DNA of 62,290 nt, counting the filler. It is 14 parts of 14 records of this genome, joined end to end, with 100 filler letters (N's around TTAATTAATTAA, not from the genome) between each part and the next. Parts side by side here need not be neighbours in the genome. Positions count along the whole stretch, not along the records: positions 36,594 to 40,735 come from SRR15195285_10791; positions 40,836 to 44,446 come from SRR15195285_10801; positions 44,547 to 47,551 come from SRR15195285_10810; positions 47,652 to 57,306 come from SRR15195285_10813; 10 more parts are not named here. One strand, given 5' to 3'. Each line of letters begins with the position of its first letter. Position 1 is the first letter of the stretch. The notes beneath the pieces were generated by a model. That model worked only from the letters and a program-made list of their open reading frames with translations, had not been told where the DNA came from and made no database searches. Shown here piece by piece: positions 36,658 to 48,325 of this stretch. The position numbers were made by a program, and so were the translations under genes.

Positions 36658-37608
36658 TCACGCGACGGAGGGCATGGTCGAGCTGTCCCAGGCCTTGCCT
36701 GAGCGCCAGTTGAACTCATGGCCACACGCACACATCACGTGGCGACAGCCCCCCTCCTTGGTGATGATGATGTCGCACTGTGGACACTGCTTGAAGCCGT
36801 CCTCCCTGCTGCCGTCCGACAAGACGTTGTGAAGCAGCCAGAACGTGGACCTGGGAGCGTTCTCCAGCGGAGCCACCTCGAACTCTCTTCGGCCACACTG
36901 CTTGTTGCGGCAGGTGCGCATGAGCCAACCCTTGGCCTGTGCTGGCACCAGCTGTGGCTGGTCACAGTCAGGGCAGTGCACTGCGCGCTGGCTGCGATCG
37001 TCCCGGGCGGCCGCGAGAACAGAGAATCGGCGGAAGTTCCTCCACTCCACGTTGCCTCGGAGCAGATTTCGATCGCGCAGTGCTCGTTCTGCAATGAGAG
37101 CGCTGCACCGTGGCGCAAAACACCGCAGCGGGTACGATGCCAGCAGCTGCAAGCCCCCGGCCAGATGGCCTCGGAGGCACTGAACACACGCCGTGTGCCC
37201 ACACCCCGCGACATCGATGACTGCGCATCGCTCAAGGCAGATCGGGCACTCAGTCACTGGTGCGCACTTATCGTGCGTCTGACTCAAGCTGGATGCGTCT
37301 CGTCCACCGTCATGGCCTCGACCGCTGACGGCCTGGCCCCGCCCCCGCCGCTGGTCACGTCCTTGTCCGCGCCCACGACCACGCCCACGCCCACGTCCGG
37401 GTGCTGCAGCGCTGGATGCTGGCCCACGACCGGCAGTCCCTCCACCTCCGAGCAGGCTGGGGTCGTGCAGGAAGTCGCGACAGTGCTGCAAGTCGCTCAG
37501 CTTGCCGCAAGCTGTACCGTACCTGCACTGCCATCGGCGGCCGGGGGGGTGAGCGAAGCCGCAGTCGAAGGTCCGGCAGTCGGCGCCGTGTCGGCACTGT
37601 CGCGACAT
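36658..37608 (-). CDS. RBR-type E3 ubiquitin ligase with N-terminal zinc fingers and an RG-rich tract
   Basis: RING1 CPIC..CGH..CVQC..RCFAPRC; IBR-like CPDC..CRNKQC; RING2 KQCPQCDIIITKEGGCRHVMCACGHEF. Confidence 0.85.
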   Translation of the reverse strand: MSRQCRHGADCRTFDCGFAHPPGRRWQCRYGTACGKLSDLQHCRDFLHDPSLLGGGGTAGRGPASSAAAPGRGRGRGRGRGQGRDQRRGRGQAVSGRGHDGGRDASSLSQTHDKCAPVTECPICLERCAVIDVAGCGHTACVQCLRGHLAGGLQLLASYPLRCFAPRCSALIAERALRDRNLLRGNVEWRNFRRFSVLAAARDDRSQRAVHCPDCDQPQLVPAQAKGWLMRTCRNKQCGRREFEVAPLENAPRSTFWLLHNVLSDGSREDGFKQCPQCDIIITKEGGCRHVMCACGHEFNWRSGKAWDSSTMPSVA

Positions 37609-38660
37609 GTGCTGTGCGGGTGGGTGCTGCCGAAGTGTGGTGCGTTTGCCGCTGAGCTCGTTGCTGGTGACCGTCCCGCACTGTGTTGTTGTCGCTGTTG
37701 TCGTTGTTGTCGCGTTGTGTAGGTTGTTGTTGGTCAGGGCTCGCATGGCCTAACGGACCCATCGCCCCACTTGGCCGTCACGCGGTCCGCGCGCGCGCGA
37801 GCTGCGCTGCATGCGACGCCGCCGCGCGCGCGGCGCACAAGCAAGTTGACTCTCTTCCCTCACGACGTCAAGAGTAGCACATTACATCATGTGCATGTAT
37901 CCGCCTCTCGACTGTACCAGTACTCGAGTACAGTAGCTAAGAGTAGAGCTACTAGCTACTAGCTAGTAGATTCGAATACAGCTGTATGAATGGTAGATTA
38001 GTAATCTACCATGCATTCTTAGTACTCATTCTCTAATTCCGACATTTAGCCGATTGCCATTTCGCCTTGAAACCTTCCCCCTAATGTAGCTCTTCTCTGA
38101 GGTTGGTCCGTATTTTCTCGAAATATTCGAATATCACTGAACAGGGGTGAAATGGTCCCCGATTCACGGTCTCCGCGAAATTCACGGTTCTCTCCACCCG
38201 CGCGTGCGGAGGCACCGTGGCGCGCGACCTGCGCTTATTTGGCGCGGCCGCGGGCGCGGAGTTGTGCGCCTGAGCTCCGCAGATCGTATCGATTTCTAGG
38301 ATGCCGTTTATAAAATTTGCACCATTTTCATCTTGCTCACCTGCACGACGAGCGCGTGTACTCGTCGAGGATCCGGGTACGTGTATTTGTATTACAATGA
38401 ATCATGTATCCTAGATATACTATACATTATGATATATGTAGGTGCTCGCCGCGCGCGCCGGCCAACGCCGTAACCGACGCGATGGTCACGTGACGGCGAG
38501 TCGGCGACGACGCGTCAGCGCTCCGCGTCAGCGCTCCGGCTCAGTAGGGGCGCTGTCCGCCGCGCGGAGCGTCTTTGGCCGCCGTGCGGAAGTTGTGCGC
38601 TGGCGGCACTGTACTGTACTGTATACACGTGTACGCCGGTGAGCTCGAGTGCATTCAGAC

Positions 38661-40735
38661 ATGTGGCGGCAGCAGTTCGTCACGCGGTTGCTGCTGCCGC
38701 TGCTACTGCTACTGCTGACAGGCGATGCGGCGGCACCGAGCACCGAGCATCCGTCAGCGCTGATGGATCGTGTGCGGCTGCTGGAGCGTGAGAACGCATG
38801 GCTGCGCGCTCAGTACGGTCTAGCAGAGCCACTCACTGAGCGGCAGGCACGACCCCCGCGCGGGGCGGTCATCCGTCCGCTGCAGCGCAGACTGCAAGCT
38901 CCAGACTTCAGCGAGCTGGTACCAAGTGAAGAGTCAAGATTGCCTCCATGCGATGACCCAGAGAACTGCGACTGCCTGGGTAGTTGGGCTGTGTGCAGCG
39001 CCCGATGCGAACCAGCGTCGCAGCGAACCTGGTTGGAGACTCGCCCTCCCACAGGCACTGGCGCGCCGTGCCCAGAGCCCACCGACTGCGGCCTCTTGGG
39101 TCTGCAGGACGGGGAGTGCGCACCAACGCCATACAATGCATCAGCGTGTACGTTGCCATCGGGAGAGCCGTGCCCCGAGCCACCGGCTAGCTTTGCCGCA
39201 TTCCTGCTGCGCCTCATACCAATGGCCAGTTCGGCGTTTGTGACGTTCTTCGGGACCAAGATTTCGACCATGGTGCGTGTGTGCAGCGTCTTCTGCGCAT
39301 CGTGCAGTCCGGTGCTGATGCCTGTCATCGAACAGATCAAGGTTGAAGGCGGGCTCTCAGCAGCCACATTTGTCGGTGTAGGTGGAGCATTATACGCAGG
39401 AGCGCTGGGCTCGTTCGCTGCCGTGAAGAAGCGTGAGTTCGGGATTATGGTTCAGGGTGTTGCTGTGGGATATGTTGTATCTTCAATGGTGCAAGGCTTC
39501 TTGATCGGAATACTGCTAGAGCGCGTGCCGTCGGCCAGGACTTATATGGAATGGATCACGATGGTCTTCACTTTCTCGCTCGGTGGAGCGATCGGAAAGC
39601 TGTCGCAGAAGTACGAAGACATTGTGTCGATAGGTGCGACGGCTGCGATGGGTGCCTATGCCCAGCTACAGACATTTGCCACTCTAGGCTTTCAATTTAC
39701 GCGCAACCTTTCGATCCAGGCGGTGGTCGCTGGTGAATTCGGCTGTACGGACTGGAGATGTGACCTGACGTTGGGATGTTTCGTGCTCTACGCGGCTCTT
39801 GGCGCGCGGAACCAGGTCATGATAAGCCGAATGGCACGGAAGATGGAGGAAGATCCTGATTTCCCAGGCGAAGGTTTGTATCAACAAACTCTGGTCAAGA
39901 TTAATGGTGCTTTGGAGATTGTTTTCCAGCTAAACGAGCTTGTAAAGGAGCAAGGCAAATTTCACACGGAGGAGGAGCTAGAAGAGCTGCTAGAGAAGAA
40001 TATTTCTATCGTGATCAAGCTGGCAACAGTCTTCAGCGATGTAGGTCTGCTCGTCCTAGCTGTTGCGATGGTGGTTGGCATTGTCGAAGGTTTTGTGAAC
40101 GGCATATTCTACACCTCGCATCTCAAAGGGTTCGCTGCAGCCATGGGACTGGTCGCTGCTGGATGCCTAGGGTTGGTGTTGTTCGCCATCAAAACACACC
40201 GACTCCCGCACGCAGAGATGTCGCGGCGGCACTACCGCATGAAGCTCTATCTGCTCCTGGTTGCAATGCTCATCCCAGTCGTTGCAGGTTGTGGGCTCGT
40301 TGTGATGGTCATGATGCCAGGCACATTTCCTTCCATCTCTGTGCCTCAAGTGCAGAGATTTTTTGATATGGACAAATTGCCGGTGGAGGTGCAGCAGAAA
40401 CTCAATCACCACCTGCCAACAGTCTATCAAACGCTCCTTGGTGCCCTCTTAGCACTTGCGACCTCTTGGTCGATCGTCTGCAAGCACCTGGGGGGAATTT
40501 TGTACTTGGCGATGAAGCTCATGAGTATGGTGGCATGGGTGTTGGTCGTGTACGGAGGCTCGGTTGCATTCTGTGGGTTCTACGGTGCGGCGCACGTTGG
40601 CTTGATTGGAGGGTTGGACGAGATGAAAGAGACCGTGCAAGACGTAGACTTTGACACAAAAATCGATGGCAATGTGTCTGTTGTCGATGGTCTCGCCGAC
40701 TTTGCCTCATCAGAGGTGACGCTGTTCCACATTTT
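38661..40735 (+). CDS. Multi-pass membrane protein with signal peptide, TSP1-like Cys module and TMEM198/DUF4203-like TM block (3' partial)
   Basis: Signal peptide; DCLGSWAVCSARC..TGTGAPCP; more than 10 hydrophobic helices including IVSIGATAAMGAY. Confidence 0.7.
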
Positions 40736-40835
40736 NNNNNNNNNNNNNNNNNNNNNNNNNNNNNNNNNNNNNNNNNNNNTTAATTAATTAANNNNNNNNN
40801 NNNNNNNNNNNNNNNNNNNNNNNNNNNNNNNNNNN

Positions 40836-41320
40836 GTTTTTCATAGTAATGTAGTATCCATTACTGAGGGAAAATGCATACTAAATGTGCCAAGTACGCA
40901 GAATCATGATCCTTTTTGGGCTGTACGTGATTTATTCGATCCATAGTACTATACCATTTTTTAAAATAGTAGTAGGATCCAGCTCCTACATACTATAATA
41001 TATCCAGTACAGTAGTACTGTGATAGAGAGTACAGTACTAGTACGTACATGTGCTCACATGATCATGTGCTTGTACGTGTACTGGTACGTGTACATGTGC
41101 TGTACTACTACTATGAATACAGAATAGTAGTATCATTAGATCTAGTATCATTAGATCTACAGCTGTACTCTAGCTAGTAGTAGTACAGTAGGAATCCCGA
41201 TCCTGATACTCTGTACAGTACTGGTACGGCTGGTGTCCTGATTTCACACCGTTGAAGGCTGTTCGAGTACATGTAATCCGAGCTGCAGCGTTGTACAGTA
41301 CTTGTAAATGTACTGAGCGG
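40836..41320. repeat. AT-rich low-complexity intergenic block dense in GTAC/CTAG/GATC palindromic tetramers
   Basis: Directly visible; includes a tandem duplication of TAGTATCATTAGATC near 41127-41158. Confidence 0.6.
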
Positions 41321-41975
41321 CACCACCCCGCCGCGCCGAGATTGCGCTAGGCCCACCTGCTCGTTCTCAGGGCAAACGAGCGCATCCCGGCGCTGACCAT
41401 GCTGAACCAACGGCCCAGCACGTAGGCAAGAGCTCAACCCAGCTCCTGCGCGGGTTACGGCTGTAGGAGGTATTCCACTGTCTACTGTGGGGGCAAACTA
41501 AAAAGGTGTAGTGTGGTGCGGCGATCCTGTTCTGAAGGAGTCCGCCTGGGGTACGCAGCGTGGATGGGGCCGCGCGGTGGCCGGATGACACAACCATCTA
41601 CGTGCCCAAGAGCACGCGGTACGACAAGGTGTGAGCGCTGACGTGCTAAAGCCAGAAACCTTGCTCCGCCATTGTGGCCAGCGGCCAGCAGTACCGTGAG
41701 AGCTGTACGTGATAGGATCAACTGAACGGCTGCGAGAAGCTGCTCGAAATTCATCGCGATCAACTGCAACTCTGAGCTCGGGTTGCGGTGAGAGGGCGTC
41801 GATGACAAAGCACTTGTCGTAGGCGTAGTGATGGCGATAGGGTCTGCACTCGCCGCTGAAAGAAAGCGTGCTGCTTGAGATAGCCCCTTGACAGGATGGG
41901 CGTTGAGGCTGACCAGACATTAGTTCGTGCAGCGGTGCGGATCACGAGCGCGTATCCTTTGCGCCTTCTTGCGCA

Positions 41976-44446
41976 TTGCTAATCGTGTACATTATCCAAA
42001 CTGTGGAGCAGGCAGCAGGGAGTGTGGCCATTTTTGACGATGATGACAAGCCGCCAGAGCCAGCTGCTGACACTGACCTCGTAAGTACAGTTGCTGTTCG
42101 GCACACTGCTATAAGCAACTGTCCACACTCCTTGGCTGTGTTTTGTCTCACTCCGTGGGTGGCCCCAAATGTATGGCAGACGAAGGTGTCGAGGAATGGT
42201 CTCATCATGAAGGCGCTCCTGACTTTCTTCATAGTGCCTCTGGGGGTCTGGTTTAATGTACACGCGTTCATGGACATTTCGCTGTACGGCCGTTGGGATC
42301 CGGATCCGTTCGGTGGCACTATGATACACGTGCGCCTTGCTCAACTGCTGCTCTGTACTCTGCTTTTCCAGCGATATTTCGGTAACACAAGTGACTGATT
42401 TATGTTTCCAGTACGTTATCTTGGTCTTGGTGCCGTGCCTGTCGCATCTGGGCTGCTTGTACATCATCATTTCGTTCTGGATGGATGAGGTACGATCTGC
42501 TGTGCACCTGACAGCCGTACAGGTTGCTACCCGCCAAGATCTAGGCTCACGCGTCCCACTGCGTAACGCAGGAGTGTCACACAATTATGCGCACTAGAAC
42601 GATGTGGGCCACGGTGCCGTTGCTGGTGTTTTTCACATGCCAGCTGATGGGACAGTCCACGACGATGAACTGGCTTGACTGCAGCACAGAAGCACTTGTG
42701 CAGCAGATCTGCTACCTCCAGGTACGCCCTGCACGCCTACCATTCTACCTGTTGGTATTGACACAGGTTGTGCATGCCTTTACCAGACCAACTTGTGGCA
42801 GACGGCGACGGTTTTCACAGCGTACCGTTTCATCATCAACGGTCAACCGTCCCTGCAGAGAGGAACTATGGTTCATGTGATTTGCTGGGGGCTGCCGTTT
42901 CTGCTAGTAACCGTGCAGACGTTTGTGTCACCAAACGCTTTCCATACCGATCTGTTTAAGAGTGAGCTGAGAGGGATCGGCTGGTGTGGGGTCAATAGCA
43001 CGCGCCGCATCACGAAGGCTGTCTTCGTCAATACCCCGCAGATGATTTGCGTCTCATTTTATGCGCAGTTCTACTTCTACATCCACCAAAAAGTAGACCC
43101 AGAAGTAGACGTGACGGTGGAGCAGACTACGAAGCTCTCCACCTCAAGAAATGCGAAGCTGTTGAGTCTGGAGGAAGCGCGAGCGGAGCTCTACATCCAG
43201 GATACCGCCAGGCAGCTGCGTCTACAAATGTCAGCGTACATGCTGTCTTTCCTGACAAACACGGTCGTCTCTTTGGTTTCCGACAATCTGACAAACCCAG
43301 ACACTGGCGCTTCAGACTTCAATTTGCTCGTGCAGACCGGGGTAGTAACGTGTCAAGGACTCTTGATGGCCTTGGTCTATGCAAGTGCTGCCAATAAGCC
43401 GCTACTAACAGCGTATTGGGACACAGCCGAGGACCTCATCGCTATATGCAGTGAGCAAAAAGGTATTGCTTTGGCAACCAAACGTGCACAACTCAGAGAG
43501 AAACGTGCACTCAAGATCGAAAGTCTTCGCCGTAGGAGGCCTTCAAAGCCGACGGTGTTTTCGAAGATCGCCAACGTTGCGTTCATGTTCTATCAGACTG
43601 TGCTGCTTTACCCTGTTGCAATCTGGGTATGGGTACCTATGAGTTTCATCTCACAGAATACAAAAGAAAAACGAATGATTTTCCTGTGCCTCGTATTGTG
43701 GTCCGTGGCTAGCGTCTTCCCAATTTATGGGTTCTCATTGATTGGCTATCGAACGAGCGGAATGGGTCAGAAAAGTATGCAGAACATGGCTCAGATCTTC
43801 GCCGTGCTGTTGATATCCGTGTCGGCCATCGCCGTGTATGTCAATCGCTACTCGCATGACCTACTGATGATCGAACGACCTTGCCGCTACAAGGGTAGCC
43901 TGCAGCGATGGTTTGGGCCAGGTCAGGGGTTCCGTTTTACATCGCTTCGAAATTCCATGGCCTTATTTACTCTTACACTCGAGTTCTATCAGACGTGGGG
44001 CCTGGTGTGGAGTGCTACACGTATGGATGACCTATACCGCGGTGAATATGACTACGATCATCTGCGGGATCCTGCAACATCATCTGGGAGCGGAGGAGCA
44101 GATTTCCCCAAGTGCACAGTACCCACAGGGCAATCGTGTGAAATTTTCCAGTTTTGGAGCGTCGTAGCTATGGTTGTTGGGTGGGTGCTTCTGTACTCCT
44201 TTCCAGAGGTTGTGACCACGAGTACGGTCGGGAACCGGCAGTTTGCACACAACATGCAAGAGATGTACCGTAAATATCTGTGGTTCATGTCTGGTGCAGG
44301 ATTTCTCACTGTTCTCAAGGCATGCATGAGGATTTTGTTCTGCATACCCAATGCACGGGATCCGACGGGTCCTCAAGTTGCTTTAACGGACCACTCAATC
44401 GAGTGCATGTCAGAGCACCACCTACAGATGATCGCCATCTCACTAT
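41976..44446 (+). CDS. cAMP-receptor/GCR1-like 7TM GPCR fused to a second multi-pass domain (multi-exon, 5' exons unresolved, 3' partial)
   Basis: TM1 LSHLGCLYIIISF, TM3 CSTEALVQQ..LWQTATVFTAY, TM4 HVICWGLP, ECL2 GWC, TM7 QGLLMALVY, then further TM helices. Confidence 0.72.
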
Positions 44447-45263
44447 NNNNNNNNNNNNNNNNNNNNNNNNNNNNNNNNNNNNNNNNNNNNTTAATTAATT
44501 AANNNNNNNNNNNNNNNNNNNNNNNNNNNNNNNNNNNNNNNNNNNNACCACGACCACGACCACGACCACGACCACCACCACGACCGGCGAGCTCCTCAAG
44601 AGCCACCGGTCACAGGCTGGGTCAGAACCATAGTAATATCAATACTGGTATGCGAACAAACCCAGTATCTCGGGGCGGTCCGCGGAGCCTGCTGCATTCA
44701 TTAGTGAGTTCTGTTTACTTGTGGAGAATCCAACCCCAGAGAACCTTGCGATGGGCCCATGCCATGCATGGTGCTCTACAGTAGGCGCCCCCCAAAGCCT
44801 GTGACCACCGGCCGGTGAGGGTGCTCGAGATCTTGATCTAGCGCCGGTGTGTCATAAAAAGCACCCAGAGCTATTAATCTACATGATCAACAAACTCGTT
44901 GTCATCTACAAGATAATCTGAATAAACATTGCCATTAAATCTCCATCAATTAATCCCAGTTTCAAAATCCTCCATCCTCCATGGGAAGCCGTCCCCCGGT
45001 CCGCCGCCGTCAACACCGGCTGAATCCTCGGATCGATCGGTTCCGAATTCCCAGGCTCCCACGCCGCCAGATCACCCCGATTCAATCCCATTCCCTCTGC
45101 ATTCCACGTAATCACTTTTCATATGTAGTTTATATGCAATTAGCCTTTGTGTGTATTTGGTGGGAAGCGGGGATTTTCAGGGCGGAGAACGGTGCGGCGA
45201 TCCGTTGGGATTTTGGAGCGTTCGTCGTCGTCGTCGTGGAGCTGTTCAAGGAGCTAGACAGCG

Positions 45264-46407
45264 ATGTCCAAGCGCGGTACGTCAGCCCGAACCCGCCCCT
45301 GCCTGGAGGGCTGGAGGCTTGGATTGAGGGAGCAGGGGAGACGGGGCGGGAGGTTTGGAGGGGGGGAGCTGGGGTGGGAGGGTGGCTGTCGGCGCGGCGG
45401 AGAGTGTTCTTGTGTGTGAGCGCGTTCGGTGCGCTGACCCTGCGCTGTTTTGGGGTGGTGCGCGCGATGGTGTGCAGGACGCGGTGGTGCCGTTGGCAAC
45501 AAGTTCCGGATGGGCGTGGGTATGCCCGTCGCCGGTGTGATGAACTGCGCGGACAACTCCGGTACGCCCTCAGCCCGGCGCCGCTGGCCGCTCCGCCCGC
45601 ATACACGCGCGGGGGAAGGGGCGCTGCAGCCACACACACGCGCGCGCCCGCACACACACACGTACGCCGCATACTTGCACACCGCGTTTGCCGCCGCGCT
45701 CCCCATGCTCGCGCATGGGTGGGATATGATGACCACAAAAAAACATTCTTATCTACATTGTAAGCAACGGGATTCGACCCCCGTAATGATTTTCATCTAT
45801 GTTCCAGATCCTCAAGCGCAGCGCGTGCAGCAGACAGACAGACAGACACACTTGCGGGGTGCTTGCTGATGCAAACGACGGGGGGATCAGCGCGCTAACT
45901 TGCGCCGCACGTCGCGTTGCTATCGCAGGCGCCAAGAACCTGTACATCATGGCGGTCGCGGGTGTCAAGGGCCGCTTGAATAAGCTGCCGGCTGCGTCCC
46001 CCGGTGACATGTGCATCTGCACCGTGAAGAACGGTAAACCGGACCTCCGGAAGAAGGGTGCGTCGAAAAACCCTTTGCCGCGTTAGACGTTAGGCAAGGC
46101 AAGGCAAGGCAGACAGCCAGGCTGGGCGGCGTTTGCGGCGGGTTCTGCTCGCACAGGGCGACCGGGCGAACGGCTCAGCTGACGTCGCGTTGTGTGTGCT
46201 GTGTGCGCAGTCATGCCGGGTGTGCTGATTCGCCAGCGCAAGCCGTGGCGGCGAAAGGACGGAACCTTCATCTACTTCGAGGACAACGCGGGTGTGATTA
46301 TCAACCCGAAGGGTGAGATGAAGGGCTCCGCCATCGCTGGCCCCGTCGCGAAGGAGTGCGCCGACATGTTCCCGCGCATTGCCAGCGCCGCGGGCACCAT
46401 CGTGTGA
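45264..46407 (+). CDS. RPL23: 60S ribosomal protein L23 (uL14); exons 45264-45276, 45478-45561, 45929-46057, 46211-46407
   Basis: [61 protein letters not shown]. Confidence 0.97.
45721..45811 (+). ncRNA. Candidate intronic box C/D snoRNA in RPL23 intron 2
   Basis: AT-rich island in a GC-rich intron; box C ATGATGA at 45726-45732; degenerate box D CAGA at 45805-45808; closing GGA/TCC stem. Confidence 0.45.
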
Positions 46408-46776
46408 TCGCAAATGCAATCATTAGTACCAGTTGTTGAGACGGCGATGCACGCATAGTCGACGTAGTGAACACAGGCATTTCGATTTGCCTCACCCACC
46501 ACACAGGTCTAACGGCGACCCCTAGAACGAGCGCACCCACCTGTCTACGTACAGAAAACACACATACAAGCCACAGATCCGCGCGATCGATGACCCAGCA
46601 GATCTCTCGATCTCCGAGTACAATTACGTAAGAGGAAGGTTGCGCTGTCGTTGCCCTGGCATATTCGCGCCAGCTTGCCACTCATTTGCATCACAGGTGT
46701 CCCATCCGTAGTACTCGTCGTATTCGGCGGGCTCTTTCGCCCTATGGCAGCCAGGCCTTACGTCACTGCGCACACA

Positions 46777-47551
46777 TCAAAAGCGTGAGCACGGCCAGCA
46801 CGCGGCAACGCACTGCGTTGCAGAACTTGAGAATTGGCAATCACGCGGTGGCAGCCGGGCGCTATCGCACCACCAGCCTTGTTCTCCGCAACCCACCCAG
46901 CTGTGGAGTAGACCATCATCCCTGTAATGATGTGTCACTGGCAGGCACTCACACTCTGAGTGAGTTACATGTTTAGGACTACCTGCATGGACTGAAGGAC
47001 CGACGGTTAGAGGAGCTGCTTCTTGGGATTCTGGCTGCGCTTGTTGCTGCGTCGAGTCCAACCTCAGTTCAGCCAACATCTGCTGCCAGCGATGCTGGTC
47101 TACCACCATGCAGCCGACAGATACAGCTACGATCAAGACCCACGCCGCCACCCTAGGCCATGTCCAGCCGGAAGCGACAAAACGCTTTCGCTTTTGGCGG
47201 GCCAGTCTCTCAATACCGAGGCTGCCTGTTTTCCCATCAGATGAATTAGGCACTTCCACTCTCCACTGCGGTGGCTCGGGTTCTTCCATTGACTCTGTGT
47301 CCTCGATTGCTGCCTTCGAATCTGAAGAGTCCGTGCCCGATCCTTCCGGACTGCCGATGTTTCCTTCAGCCGCGCCAGCAGCCGTCGGGCGAAGCGACGT
47401 CGAATGAGTTATCGGTTTATACTTACAGCTGTTGTACTTCGGGCGAGAATGCTTCGGGACCTTACAGTTCGTCCCAGCTCTGCTCTTTGCTACCCAAAGC
47501 TCAGCCTCCTGCACAGCCTCAGCCTGTGCGGCAGCTGCCGCCTTAGATGCT
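46777..47551 (-). CDS. Hypothetical single-pass membrane protein, 5' partial, 3' structure uncertain
   Basis: ORF from the contig edge with one TM (RVAAWVLIVAVSVGCMVV) preceded by a basic stretch. Confidence 0.45.
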
Positions 47552-47651
47552 NNNNNNNNNNNNNNNNNNNNNNNNNNNNNNNNNNNNNNNNNNNNTTAAT
47601 TAATTAANNNNNNNNNNNNNNNNNNNNNNNNNNNNNNNNNNNNNNNNNNNN

Positions 47652-48035
47652 CACAGCCAGCTCATCAAACCTTCGGGCTGCTAGGAGCGAACGGTACCGG
47701 TCAAGAGCTCGGAGCTGACTGGCACAGCGGTTCAGATCGTCAGGCTCGCGGACGCCAGCTACCTCTAGTCCATCGAGAGCAGGTAGCGTCACGCGCCAGT
47801 CAAAGTCGGTGCCTCCAGGCTTGTCTAGGACCAGCTTCTTGTAGTTTGACTCATGCAAGGCCCGGAAGGTTGCGTGACCGCGTGCGGCATCAGCCTCGCA
47901 AAATCTAGCCCGAAGCTCCGGCTCCGCCCGCTGGCTTGCCAACTGCTCCGGCTCGGGCTCAGGCCCAGGCTGCGGCTCGGGCAATGGTGTGGCTGCTTCC
48001 GGTGGTGGCACGCCTTCCTCGGCAGCCTCCGCCAT
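47652..48035 (-). CDS. Hypothetical protein N-terminus (3' partial)
   Basis: ATG-initiated ORF MAEAAEEGVPP..PEPEPE running off the contig, divergent from the esterase gene. Confidence 0.6.
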
Positions 48036-48325
48036 CGCGCAGCCGCAGGGAACGAACGCACCCGCCGCCTCGTCCGTGCCTCTCGATCGATCGTCGACGT
48101 CGAGTCGTCGATGTTTTGCAGTGCATGACTGAGAATTTTGCATTCACCGGACGGTGGATCCATCGCGCGGGCATCGAGCGCCGGCGCGGGTAGATTCGAT
48201 AGATGTGCGTGGGCGGCGCGTCGCGCGCGATATAGCACGATTCCTACGCGTACGGTACGCGTGGCCGCGCTCGCGCTCGCTCGCTGCTCCGGTACGTACC
48301 GTAGCGCCCCAGCGAGAGTATCAGT

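Noticed and set aside
36718-37722. 334-aa plus-strand ORF and the many other long overlapping ORFs (e.g. 3799-4569, 19016-19972, 29329-30675)
   Set aside because: Antisense or alternate-frame shadows of real genes in GC-rich DNA, with no recognisable motifs.
41399-41975. Possible 5' exons of the GPCR fusion, one reading of which contains an in-frame TGA (selenocysteine)
   Set aside because: Splice sites are ambiguous and no SECIS is visible; it cannot be supported without transcripts.
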